Part shown: piece by piece, positions 6,748 through 14,851 of the stretch | Layout of the letters: each line of letters opens with the position of its first letter | Position numbering within the stretch: the stretch's first letter is position 1 | Assembly: GCF_000017305.1 (NCBI RefSeq) | Contig: NC_009664.2 | Location: 3,570,001-3,602,000 of the forward strand | From: Kineococcus radiotolerans SRS30216 = ATCC BAA-149 | GTDB lineage: Bacteria > Actinomycetota > Actinomycetes > Actinomycetales > Kineococcaceae | Length of the DNA stretch: 32,000 nucleotides | Direction of reading: 5' to 3' | Translations under genes and position numbers: made by a program | The notes under the pieces: model-generated | The model's input: the letters and a program-made list of their open reading frames with translations, nothing else | Database searches by the model: none | Told to the model about the DNA's origin: nothing

Positions 6748-8538
6748 GTGAACACCACCAAGCGCCGCACGACCGTCGCGGGGTTGCGGCACCGGACGTT
6801 CGACGTCCCCGCGATCTCCAGCCGCAGCTGGCAGCGGCCGCCGACCTGGCTCACCTCCGGGATGGCCCGCGACGTCGTCCTCGACATGGGGTGGGGCCGC
6901 CTGGTCTTCGGCCAGACGTTCACCGACCAGCGCGACGTCGTCGACGCCCTGCGCGCGGAGGAGACCGGCGAGCGCGACATCGCCATGTACGTGCGCGACC
7001 CGCAGGTCCTCGTGGGCCTGGCCCCGCACGAGCTCTTCATGGACCCCTCCCTGACCTTCCGGCTGCCGCTGACCCGCTACCGCGCCCCGCGCGACCGCAA
7101 CCCGGACGTGTTCGTGCGGATGGTCCGCGACCGCGCGGAGCTGGAGGAGGTCAACCGCATCTACGCCACCTGCGGGATGGTGACCTCCGACGCCGACGTC
7201 ATGTGGGCCAACCACCGCACCCGCACGTTCACCTACCTGGTCGCCGAGGACACCCGCACCCGCGAGGTCGTGGGGACGGTGACGGGGGTCGACCACGTCC
7301 TGGCCTTCGGCGACCCCGACCAGGGCGCCAGCCTGTGGTGCCTGGCCGCGGACCCGCAGGCCGCCCCGCGGGGGGTGGGGGAGGCGCTGGTGCGCACCCT
7401 GGCGGAGCGCTACGTCGCCCGCGGGCGCGCGGTGCTGGACCTGTCGGTGCTGCACGACAACGCCGGGGCCATCGCGCTGTACCGCCGGCTGGGTTTCCGC
7501 CCCGCGCCGCCGGTCGTGGTCAAGCGCAAGAACCCCATCAACCGGCCGCTGTTCTCCCCGCAGCCGGCGGGGCTGGCCGCGCTGAACCCCTACGCGCGGA
7601 TCATCGCCGACGAGGCGCTGCGCCGGGGGGTGCGCGTGGAGGTGACCGACGCGCCCAGCGGGGAGATGCGCCTGACCCACGCGGGGCGCTCGCTGCTGAC
7701 CCGGGAGTCGCTCTCGGAGCTGACCAGCGCGGTCGCCATGTCGCGCTGCGACGACAAGCGCGTCACCCGGCGGCTGCTGGCCGCCCGGGGGGTGCGGGTC
7801 CCCGAGGCCGTGGAGCTCGGCGCGGACCCGCTGCACGACGAGGCGGGGCTCGCGGCCTGCGAGGAGCTCGCGGCCCGCACCGGTCCCGTCGTGGTGAAAC
7901 CCGCGCGGGGCGAGCAGGGCAAGGGCATCACCGTCGGGGTCGGCGGCGGGGAGGACCTGCGGCGCGCCGTCGCGGAGGCCGCCTCGCACTGCCCCGACGT
8001 GCTGGTCGAGGAGCTCGTCCGCGGGCAGGACCTGCGCATCGTCGTCATCGACCACGAGGTCGTCGCCGCGGCCGTGCGGCGCCCCGCGGCCGTCATCGGC
8101 ACCGGCGACGACGACATCGCGACCCTGGTGACCCGGCAGAGCCGGCGGCGCGAGGCCGCCACCCGCGGCGAGTCCAGCATCCCCCTGGACGACACGACGC
8201 GGGCCGTCGTTGCCGACGCCGGGTTCGCCCTGGACGACGTCCTGCCCCGGGGGCAGCGGCTGGAGGTGCGCCGCACGGCGAACCTGCACACCGGCGGCAC
8301 CATCGACGACGTCACCGACGACCTGCACCCGCAGCTGGTGGAGGCCGCCGTCGCGGCGAGCCGGGCCATCGGCATCCCCGTCACCGGGCTGGACCTCCTG
8401 GTGCCCGACGTCGCCGGTCCCGACCACGTGGTCATCGAGGCCAACGAGCGCCCCGGGCTGGCCAACCACGCCCCCCGCCCGACCGCGGAGCGGTTCCTGG
8501 ACCTGCTCTTCCCCGAGACCCGGCGGCAGGGGGCCTGA
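6748..8538 (+). CDS. ngg: N-acetylglutaminylglutamine synthetase-like bifunctional GNAT acetyltransferase / ATP-grasp peptide ligase
   Basis: GTG at 6748 (VNTTKRR) lies after GAGGGGGG. GNAT part: TFTYLVAEDTRTREVVGTVTGVDH...PRGVGEALVRTLAERYVARGRAVLDLSVLHDNAGAIALYRRLGF. ATP-grasp part: DDKRVTRRLLAARGVRVPE...VVVKPARGEQGKGITVGV...DLRIVVIDHEVVAAAVRRPA...NLHTGGT...GLDLLV...VVIEANERPGL. Confidence 0.85.
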   Translation: MNTTKRRTTVAGLRHRTFDVPAISSRSWQRPPTWLTSGMARDVVLDMGWGRLVFGQTFTDQRDVVDALRAEETGERDIAMYVRDPQVLVGLAPHELFMDPSLTFRLPLTRYRAPRDRNPDVFVRMVRDRAELEEVNRIYATCGMVTSDADVMWANHRTRTFTYLVAEDTRTREVVGTVTGVDHVLAFGDPDQGASLWCLAADPQAAPRGVGEALVRTLAERYVARGRAVLDLSVLHDNAGAIALYRRLGFRPAPPVVVKRKNPINRPLFSPQPAGLAALNPYARIIADEALRRGVRVEVTDAPSGEMRLTHAGRSLLTRESLSELTSAVAMSRCDDKRVTRRLLAARGVRVPEAVELGADPLHDEAGLAACEELAARTGPVVVKPARGEQGKGITVGVGGGEDLRRAVAEAASHCPDVLVEELVRGQDLRIVVIDHEVVAAAVRRPAAVIGTGDDDIATLVTRQSRRREAATRGESSIPLDDTTRAVVADAGFALDDVLPRGQRLEVRRTANLHTGGTIDDVTDDLHPQLVEAAVAASRAIGIPVTGLDLLVPDVAGPDHVVIEANERPGLANHAPRPTAERFLDLLFPETRRQGA

Positions 8539-8539
8539 G

Positions 8540-9283
8540 GTGCCCGAGGCGCACTCCCTGCACCGGCACGCCCGCGACCAGCGCGCGGCGCTGGCCGGGC
8601 AGGTGCTGTCGGTGAGCAGCCCGCAGGGCAGGTTCGACGCGACCCCCTTCGACGGGCACCGCCTGGTGGACGTGCAGGCCCACGGCAAGCACCTGCTGTA
8701 CTCCTTCGAGCAGGCGCCCGACGTCCACGTGCACCTGGGGATGAAGGGGATCTTCCTGCGCACCGAGGACCTGTCGCTGCCGCCGCGGGCGGGGACGCGG
8801 ATGCGCCTGGCGGGGGAGACGACGGCGTTCTCCCTCATCGCCCCCAGCCGGTGCGAGGCGTTGGACGCGGCCGCCCGCGCCGAGCTGCTCGCCTCCCTCG
8901 GCCCGGACCCGCTGCGCGAGGGCGCGGCGGCCCGGGAGGAGGCCGCGCGCCGCCTGGGCACCGCCCGCGGCGCGGTGGGCGCCGCGGTCCTGGACCAGTC
9001 GGTGTGGGCCGGGATCGGCAACGCCTGGCGCGCGGAGCTGCTCTTCCTCGCCGGGATCGACCCCGGCCGGCGCGTCGACGAGGCCGAGGCGGGCCGGGTG
9101 TGGGACCTCGCCGTGGAACTCCTGCCCCTGGGCGTGGACGCCGGTCAGGTCGTCTCCGACCCCACCGCCCCCGACGAGCGCTGGGTCTACAAGCGGGAGA
9201 CGTGCCGGCGCTGCGGGAGCCCGGTGGGGACCCGGACCGTGGGCGGGCGCACCGCCTACACCTGCCCCGTCGACCAGCGCTGA
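8540..9283 (+). CDS. nei: Fpg/Nei family DNA glycosylase / AP lyase (endonuclease VIII-like)
   Basis: The start VPEAHSLHRHA supplies the catalytic Pro2/Glu3 after Met removal. H2TH-like region: LDQSVWAGIGNAWRAELLFLAGIDP. The C-terminal finger is CRRCGSPVGTRTVGGRTAYTCPVDQR. GTG at 8540 is 1 nt after the ngg stop. Confidence 0.85.
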   Translation: MPEAHSLHRHARDQRAALAGQVLSVSSPQGRFDATPFDGHRLVDVQAHGKHLLYSFEQAPDVHVHLGMKGIFLRTEDLSLPPRAGTRMRLAGETTAFSLIAPSRCEALDAAARAELLASLGPDPLREGAAAREEAARRLGTARGAVGAAVLDQSVWAGIGNAWRAELLFLAGIDPGRRVDEAEAGRVWDLAVELLPLGVDAGQVVSDPTAPDERWVYKRETCRRCGSPVGTRTVGGRTAYTCPVDQR

Positions 9284-9304
9284 CCCGACCGGCGCTGAGC
9301 CGGC

Positions 9305-10219
9305 TCAGTCGGGCAGGCGGGCCCGCAGGCGCTCCAGCTCGCGCTCGGCGCGGGCCACGCGCTCGTCGGCGGCGCGGGCGGTGCGCTCGGCCGCCCGGCG
9401 GGTCCCCGCGGCCGCCTCCAGCTGCTCGGTGACGGCGTCGAGCTGGGCCCGCAGGTCCTCCTGCCGCCGGACCAGGTCGTCGCCGCGGCGCCGGGCGGAG
9501 GTCAGGTCGCCCGCGCTGGCCCCGGCCTCCTCGCGGGCCTCGGCCAGCTCCTCCCGGGCCGCCGCGACGGCCTCGCGCAGCTCCCGCAGCTCGAGCTCGC
9601 GGCGCCGGGCCTCGCGGGCGGCCTTCTCCTCCCGCCGGGCCTTCAGCTCGTCCGGGGGAACCACCCGGGGGGCGGGCCCCGCGGGGGTGGGTGCCGCGGA
9701 CCGCGCCGGCGCGTCGAGCGCCGTCGCGCCCTCCACGTCGGCCTCCACGTCGGTGAGACCCACCGCCTCCAGGGGCCGCACCAGCAGCCCCGAGCGGACC
9801 GCGTCGGCCGCGGCGGGGCCGGTCATCCCCGCCCGCAGCGTCTGGACGACCTTCTCCCCGGCCTCGGGGCTCAGCCGCACCCCCGCGGCGCGGGTCAGCC
9901 GCGCGGCCCGCGCCCGCAGGGCCGCCAGCACCCGGTGCTGCTGCACCGAGAGCTCACGCAGTTCCGGGCCGGCCAGCGCGGCCGTGGCCTCCCGCACGGC
10001 CGCCCCGAGCTCGAGCAGCCGCTCGACCTCCTCGCGGTGCTCGCGGACGAGCAGGTTCACCGCCCACGCGGGGACCGTCGGCCGGCGCAGCCCCGCGACG
10101 CGGGCGGCCAGGTCGCGGTCGCCCTCGGCGCGGGCCCGGCGCGCGCGGGCGTCGCGGGTGGCGGTGAACTCGGCCGGCGGGCCCGCGTAGAGCTCCTCCA
10201 GCACGGTGGGCAGGTCCAC
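9305..10219 (-). CDS. Hypothetical protein with a conserved-looking N-terminal domain and an Arg/Glu/Ala-rich coiled-coil C-terminus
   Basis: 304-codon ORF starting at GTG 10219 (VDLPTVLEELYAGPPAEFTATRDARARRA...RRPTVPAWAVNLLVRE). The C-terminus reads ELKARREEKAAREARRRELELRELREAVAAAREELAEAREE...RAERELERLRARL. No catalytic motif was recognised. Confidence 0.6.
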   Translation of the reverse strand: MDLPTVLEELYAGPPAEFTATRDARARRARAEGDRDLAARVAGLRRPTVPAWAVNLLVREHREEVERLLELGAAVREATAALAGPELRELSVQQHRVLAALRARAARLTRAAGVRLSPEAGEKVVQTLRAGMTGPAAADAVRSGLLVRPLEAVGLTDVEADVEGATALDAPARSAAPTPAGPAPRVVPPDELKARREEKAAREARRRELELRELREAVAAAREELAEAREEAGASAGDLTSARRRGDDLVRRQEDLRAQLDAVTEQLEAAAGTRRAAERTARAADERVARAERELERLRARLPD

Positions 10220-10352
10220 GTCGTCATCCTGGCACGGCCCCGGTGGGGTGACGGCGCGTGAGGATTCCGACCTCCAGCGTCACCGTCGGCGTCCGCCACG
10301 TAAACGTTCTGTTTCGCCCTCCGTTCTCGGCGGCACCGCGCCGGATCCGGTC

Positions 10353-10358
10353 TAGCGT
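10353..10358 (+). promoter_or_regulatory. -10-like hexamer TAGCGT 6 nt upstream of the ligase-fusion ATG (possible leaderless transcript)
   Basis: TAGCGTgacgggATG uses the same hexamer and spacing as at 4552-4566. It is preceded by the least GC-rich stretch of this spacer (GTAAACGTTCTGTTTCGCCCTCCGTTCTC, with CGTTCT twice). Confidence 0.3.
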
Positions 10359-10364
10359 GACGGG

Positions 10365-12929
10365 ATGGGTGCGGAGATGACGCTGGGCGCGGAAGAGGAA
10401 CTGCACCTCATCGACCTCGGGAGCGGGCAGTTGTCCGCCCGCGCCCCGCAGGTCCTGTCCCGGCTCGACCCCGCCTCCTACTCCGCGGAACTGCAGCGCA
10501 CGACGGTCGAGACCAACACCGACGTGGTGACGTCGCTGACGGAACTGCGCGAGGAACTCCTGCGCCTGCGCAAGGGCCTGGTGGAGGCCGCCGCCCGCGA
10601 CGGGCTCGGGGTCGCGGCCGTGGGCACGGCCCCCCGTTCGACGTTCACCGACTTCGAGCTCACCGCCACCGGGCGCTACGGGCGCATGCAGGAGCAGTAC
10701 CGGCTGCTGGTCGACGAGCAGCTCATCTGCGGGACCCAGGTCCACGTCGGCGTCTCCGACCGCGACCTCGCCGTCGAGATCATGCAGCGCGTCGCGCCGA
10801 GCCTGCCCGTGCTGCTGGCCCTCTCGGCCAGTTCCCCGTTCTGGAACGGCCAGGACACCGGCTACGCCAGCATCCGCACCACCGTCTGGCAGCGCTGGCC
10901 GACCGCGGGCAGCACCGGCCCGCTGGAGTCCGCCGCCCAGTACGACGAACTCCTCGCCGACCTCATCGCCTCCGGGGTGATCGGGGACGAGAAGATGGCG
11001 TACTTCGACGTCCGCCCCAGCTCCCACGCCCCCACCCTGGAACTGCGGGTGGCCGACGCCTGCCCGCTCGTCGACGACGCCGTGCTGATCGCCGGGTTGT
11101 TCCGCGCCGGGGTCCGGGCCGCGGAGCTCGACGTGCTCGCGGGCCGGCCCCGGCCGCAGGTGCCGAGCCCGCTGCACCGGGCCGGGATCTGGCAGGCGGC
11201 CCGCGGCGGCCTGTCGGGGAACCTGCTCGACGGGACCGAGCACCCCCGCCCCGTCCCCGCCCCCGAGGCGGTCCGGGCCCTGCTGACCCGGTTGCGCCCC
11301 CAGCTGGAGGAACTCGGCGACTGGGAGGAGGTGGCCGAGCTGACCGAGGCCACCCTCGCCCGCGGGAACTCCGCCGACCGCCAGCGCGCGGCGTTCGTCG
11401 AGCGCGGCGAGCTGGACGACGTGGTGCGCCTCGTCGTGGAGGAGACCCGCGGGTCCGCCGCCGGGGAGGCGCCCGCCACCGCCGCCCTGCGCCGCTACCG
11501 GACCCGGGCCGGCGACGAGGCCGTGGGGGGCAACGCCCGGCCCCGGCCGGTGTACCGGGAGGTCATCGAGCACGTCCGCCGGCGGGGCCCGGCCGGGATG
11601 GCCGCCGCCGAGGCCGAGCGCGACGCCTGGGCCCGCGAGCGGCAGCTGGCCTACGTCGTCACCGGCCCGGGGGGCCTGAGCCGGGAACCCTTCCACGTCG
11701 ACCTCGTCCCGCGCGTGGTCCTGCCCCACGAGTGGCGGCAGCTGCGCCGCGGGCTGGTGCAGCGCGCCCGCGCGATCGAGTGCTTCCTGCGCGACGTCTA
11801 CGGCGAGCAGCGCGTCCTGCGCGACGGGGTGCTGCCCCGCGACGCCGTCGTCGGCGCCCCGGGCTGGGACGAGCGGGCGACCCGGTTGCCGGCCGGCGCC
11901 GTGCGCGCGGCGGTGGCGGGTTTCGACCTCGTGCGCGACGAGCACGGCGGCTGGCGGGTGCTGGAGGACAACGTCCGCGACCCCAGCGGCATCGCCTACG
12001 CCGTGGCTGCGCGCGACGTGGTGGACGCCGTCCTGCCCGACCTGCCGCGGCCGGGGGCGGTGCTGGACCCGGCGACGGCGTTCGAGCAGCTGCGCTCCAC
12101 GCTGCTGGCCCGCGCCCGCCCGGGGACGCGCCCGGTGCTGCTGTCCAGCGGTCCCGCCAGCGCGGCCTGGTTCGAGCACCGCAAGCTCGCCGACGGGGCG
12201 GGGTTGCTGCTCGCCGGCGCCGACGACCTCGACGTGCAGCGCGGCCGCGTCCTGCACCGCCCGTCCGGCGACCCCGTCGGCGTGCTCTACCTGCGCCTGG
12301 ACGGCGCGCTCCCGGACCTGCGCGACGGCGCCGGGCGCGCGATCGGGCGGGAGGTCTTCGACGTGGCCGTCGAGGGCGGGGTGGTGCTCGCCAACGCCCC
12401 CGGCAACGGCGTCGCCGACGACAAGGCCATGTACCGCTCGGTGCCGGAACTCGTCAACTACTACCTCGGGGAACGACCGCTGCTGGAGTCGGTGCCGACC
12501 TACCGGCTCGGCGACGAGGGGGAGCGCCGCGCGGTCCTGGAACGGGTGGGGGAACTCGTGACGAAACCCGTCGACGGCTACGGCGGGCGGGGGGTCCTCA
12601 TCGGTCCCCACGCCACGGCCGCGGAGGTCGCCGCCCGGCGGCAGGAGATCGCGGCCGACCCCGCGCGCTGGGTGGCGCAGGAGGTCGTGCGGTTGTCCTC
12701 GGTGCCCAGCTGGAACTCCGGGGACCGCACGCTGCAACCGCGCCACGTGGACCTGCGGGCCTTCGTGCTCGTCCGGGGCACCGCCGAGGCCGACTGCACC
12801 CTCGCCGACGTCGCCCTCACCCGGGTCGCCCCCGAGGGCAGCCTCGTCGTGAACTCCTCCCGCGGCGGGGGCGCCAAGGACACCTGGATCCTGCGCGAGG
12901 AGGACGACCGCCCGGACGGGCGCCGCTGA
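10365..12929 (+). CDS. Fusion protein: GCS2/YbdK-type carboxylate-amine ligase (N-terminal, ~aa 1-365) plus circularly permuted type-2 ATP-grasp ligase (C-terminal, ~aa 395-854)
   Basis: N-terminal half: MTLGAEEELHLID, LICGTQVHVGV, SSPFWNGQDTGYASIRTTVWQRWPTAG, YFDVRPSSHAPTLELRVADACP. C-terminal half: PFHVDLVPRVVLPHEWRQLRRGLVQRARAIECFLRDVYGEQRVLRDGVLP, RVLEDNVRDPSGIAYA, NAPGNGVADDKAMYRSVPELVNYYLGERPLLESVPTY, LVTKPVDGYGGRGVLIGP. It is a single open frame with no internal stop. Confidence 0.8.
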   Translation: MGAEMTLGAEEELHLIDLGSGQLSARAPQVLSRLDPASYSAELQRTTVETNTDVVTSLTELREELLRLRKGLVEAAARDGLGVAAVGTAPRSTFTDFELTATGRYGRMQEQYRLLVDEQLICGTQVHVGVSDRDLAVEIMQRVAPSLPVLLALSASSPFWNGQDTGYASIRTTVWQRWPTAGSTGPLESAAQYDELLADLIASGVIGDEKMAYFDVRPSSHAPTLELRVADACPLVDDAVLIAGLFRAGVRAAELDVLAGRPRPQVPSPLHRAGIWQAARGGLSGNLLDGTEHPRPVPAPEAVRALLTRLRPQLEELGDWEEVAELTEATLARGNSADRQRAAFVERGELDDVVRLVVEETRGSAAGEAPATAALRRYRTRAGDEAVGGNARPRPVYREVIEHVRRRGPAGMAAAEAERDAWARERQLAYVVTGPGGLSREPFHVDLVPRVVLPHEWRQLRRGLVQRARAIECFLRDVYGEQRVLRDGVLPRDAVVGAPGWDERATRLPAGAVRAAVAGFDLVRDEHGGWRVLEDNVRDPSGIAYAVAARDVVDAVLPDLPRPGAVLDPATAFEQLRSTLLARARPGTRPVLLSSGPASAAWFEHRKLADGAGLLLAGADDLDVQRGRVLHRPSGDPVGVLYLRLDGALPDLRDGAGRAIGREVFDVAVEGGVVLANAPGNGVADDKAMYRSVPELVNYYLGERPLLESVPTYRLGDEGERRAVLERVGELVTKPVDGYGGRGVLIGPHATAAEVAARRQEIAADPARWVAQEVVRLSSVPSWNSGDRTLQPRHVDLRAFVLVRGTAEADCTLADVALTRVAPEGSLVVNSSRGGGAKDTWILREEDDRPDGRR

Positions 12930-12960
12930 GGACCCGCACCGCTGAGGCCCGGCACCGGCC

Positions 12961-14838
12961 GTGGGGCAGCATGGGCCCGTGAGCGACGAACCCCTGGACC
13001 CGACCCCCGGTCCCGCCCTGGCCCTGGCCGACGAGCTGGTCGGGGCGTGGGGGAGCTGGCGCCCCACGATGACCCCGGACGCGCGCCGGGTCGCCTTCGT
13101 CTCCGACCGCTCCGACCTGCCGCAGCTGTGGGTGCAGGACGTCGTCCTCGACGGCCCGGCCCCGCCCGCGCGGCGGATCCACCTCTCCGAGGACCCCGTG
13201 GTGTCGGTGTCGTGGGCGGCGGACAGCCGCTGGCTGGCGTGCGCGGTCGCCGCCGGCGGCGGGGTCCGGACCGAGGTGTGGGTGGTGCGCCCCGACGGCA
13301 CCGACGCCCGCCGCATCGCCGGCGAGGCCCACGAGCACGCCGAGCTCGGTCCCTGGACGCGCAGCGGGCACCGCGTCGTCGTCACCTTCCCCGCCACCGG
13401 GGGGAAACCCTCCCGGGCCTTCCTGGGCGACCCCGCCACCGGCCGGCTGGACCCGCTGGCCGAGGGCGGGCTCCTGCACGTCCTCGACGTGTCCCAGGAG
13501 GAGCGGTTCCTCGTCGTCGTCGACGGCGAGCGCGGCCAGCAGTTCGCCGTCGTCGTCGACCGCCTCATCGACGAGCACCAGCCGCTGCTGCCGCACGGCG
13601 CGACGGGTTCCACCGACGTCGCCCTGCTGCGCCCGGCCCCCGCCGGCGACACCGGCCCCGTCTACGTCTACCTCGCCTCCGACGTCGGCCTGCCCCGGCG
13701 CCAGCTGCTGGGGATGCCGTTCGGCCCCAACGGCTACCGCGGCGAGGCGCAGACCCTCGCCGCCCGCGACGACGCCGAGCTGGAGTTCGTCGACGGCGAC
13801 GACGCGGGAACCCTGCTGCTGCTGGTGTGGAACGTCGCCGGGGCGAGCGAGCTGGAGCTGTTCGACACCACCACCCGCGAGCGCACCCCGCTGCGGGGGA
13901 TGCCCGGGCTCGTCGCGACCGACCCGGTGCTCTCCCGCGACGGGCGCAGCGTCGTCCTCGGCGTCGAGGGCCCGCTGCGGCCGCGGGAGCTGTGGCACCT
14001 CGACACCGCCACGGGGGAGTGGACGCCCGTCACGCACTCCTCGGAACCCCCCGCGGGCGACCTCGTCGTCCCCGTCCTGGAGACCTACCCCGCCCACGAC
14101 GGGCTGACCCTCACCGGCTGGCTGTACCGGGCGGCGGGCGAGGGGGCGGGAGCGGCCGCGCTGTACCTGCACGGCGGCCCCGAGGCCCAGGAGCGGCCCA
14201 CGTTCAACCCCCTGGTCCAGGCCCTCGTCGCCGCGGGCGTCACCGTGCTCGCCCCCAACGTGCGCGGGTCCTCGGGCTTCGGGCGGGAGTTCGTGCACGC
14301 CGACGACGTCGAGAAGCGCCGCGACGCCTTCGCCGACGTGCTGACCAGCGCCGGGCACCTCGTGGCGCGGGGACTGGCCGACCCCGCGCGGATCGCGGTC
14401 ACCGGACGGTCCTACGGCGGGTACCTCGTCCTCGCCTCGCTCGCGTTCTCACCGGGGGTCTTCGCCGCCGGCGTCGACATCTGCGGCATGAGCGACCTCA
14501 CGACCTTCTACCGCGACACCGAACCCTGGATCGGGGCGGCCGCGGTCAGCAAGTACGGCCACCCCGAGCGCGACCGCGCCCTGCTGGAGGAGCTCTCCCC
14601 GCTGCGGCGGGTCGAGGCCGTCGACGTCCCCCTCCTCGTCGTCCACGGCGAGCTGGACACCAACGTCCCCCTCGGGGAGGCCCGCCAGGTCGTCGCCGCG
14701 CTGCGGGAGCTGGAGCGCGACGTCGACTACCTGGAGCTGGCCGGGGAGGGGCACGACTACCGGCGCGCGGAGTCGCGCCGGCAGCTGCTGCACCGCGTCG
14801 TCACCTTCCTCGGTGCGCACCTGGGCACGGCCGCCTGA
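12961..14838 (+). CDS. S9 family serine peptidase (prolyl oligopeptidase / acylaminoacyl-peptidase-like, beta-propeller plus alpha/beta hydrolase)
   Basis: Catalytic triad context: IAVTGRSYGGYLV (GxSxGG nucleophile), LLVVHGELDTNVP (Asp) and LAGEGHDY (His). The N-terminal propeller-like repeats include FVSDRSDLPQLWV. The start is GTG 12961, or alternatively GTG 12979. Confidence 0.85.
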   Translation: MGQHGPVSDEPLDPTPGPALALADELVGAWGSWRPTMTPDARRVAFVSDRSDLPQLWVQDVVLDGPAPPARRIHLSEDPVVSVSWAADSRWLACAVAAGGGVRTEVWVVRPDGTDARRIAGEAHEHAELGPWTRSGHRVVVTFPATGGKPSRAFLGDPATGRLDPLAEGGLLHVLDVSQEERFLVVVDGERGQQFAVVVDRLIDEHQPLLPHGATGSTDVALLRPAPAGDTGPVYVYLASDVGLPRRQLLGMPFGPNGYRGEAQTLAARDDAELEFVDGDDAGTLLLLVWNVAGASELELFDTTTRERTPLRGMPGLVATDPVLSRDGRSVVLGVEGPLRPRELWHLDTATGEWTPVTHSSEPPAGDLVVPVLETYPAHDGLTLTGWLYRAAGEGAGAAALYLHGGPEAQERPTFNPLVQALVAAGVTVLAPNVRGSSGFGREFVHADDVEKRRDAFADVLTSAGHLVARGLADPARIAVTGRSYGGYLVLASLAFSPGVFAAGVDICGMSDLTTFYRDTEPWIGAAAVSKYGHPERDRALLEELSPLRRVEAVDVPLLVVHGELDTNVPLGEARQVVAALRELERDVDYLELAGEGHDYRRAESRRQLLHRVVTFLGAHLGTAA

Positions 14839-14851
14839 GACGATCGGGGCG

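Noticed and set aside
9295-9308. Palindrome CTGAGCCGGCTCAG between convergent nei and the hypothetical gene, considered as a bidirectional terminator
   Set aside because: Once a minimal loop is allowed, only a 5-bp stem (CTGAG/CTCAG) is possible. It also overlaps the minus-strand stop codon and has no U-tract. This is too weak to call.
10224-13652. 1142-aa ORF on the minus strand spanning the ligase-fusion and S9 peptidase region
   Set aside because: It is antisense to two genes with strong, recognisable catalytic motifs. Its own translation is Arg/Gly/Ala/Pro-rich low-complexity sequence with no motif. This is a typical stop-codon-poor shadow frame of very high-GC DNA.
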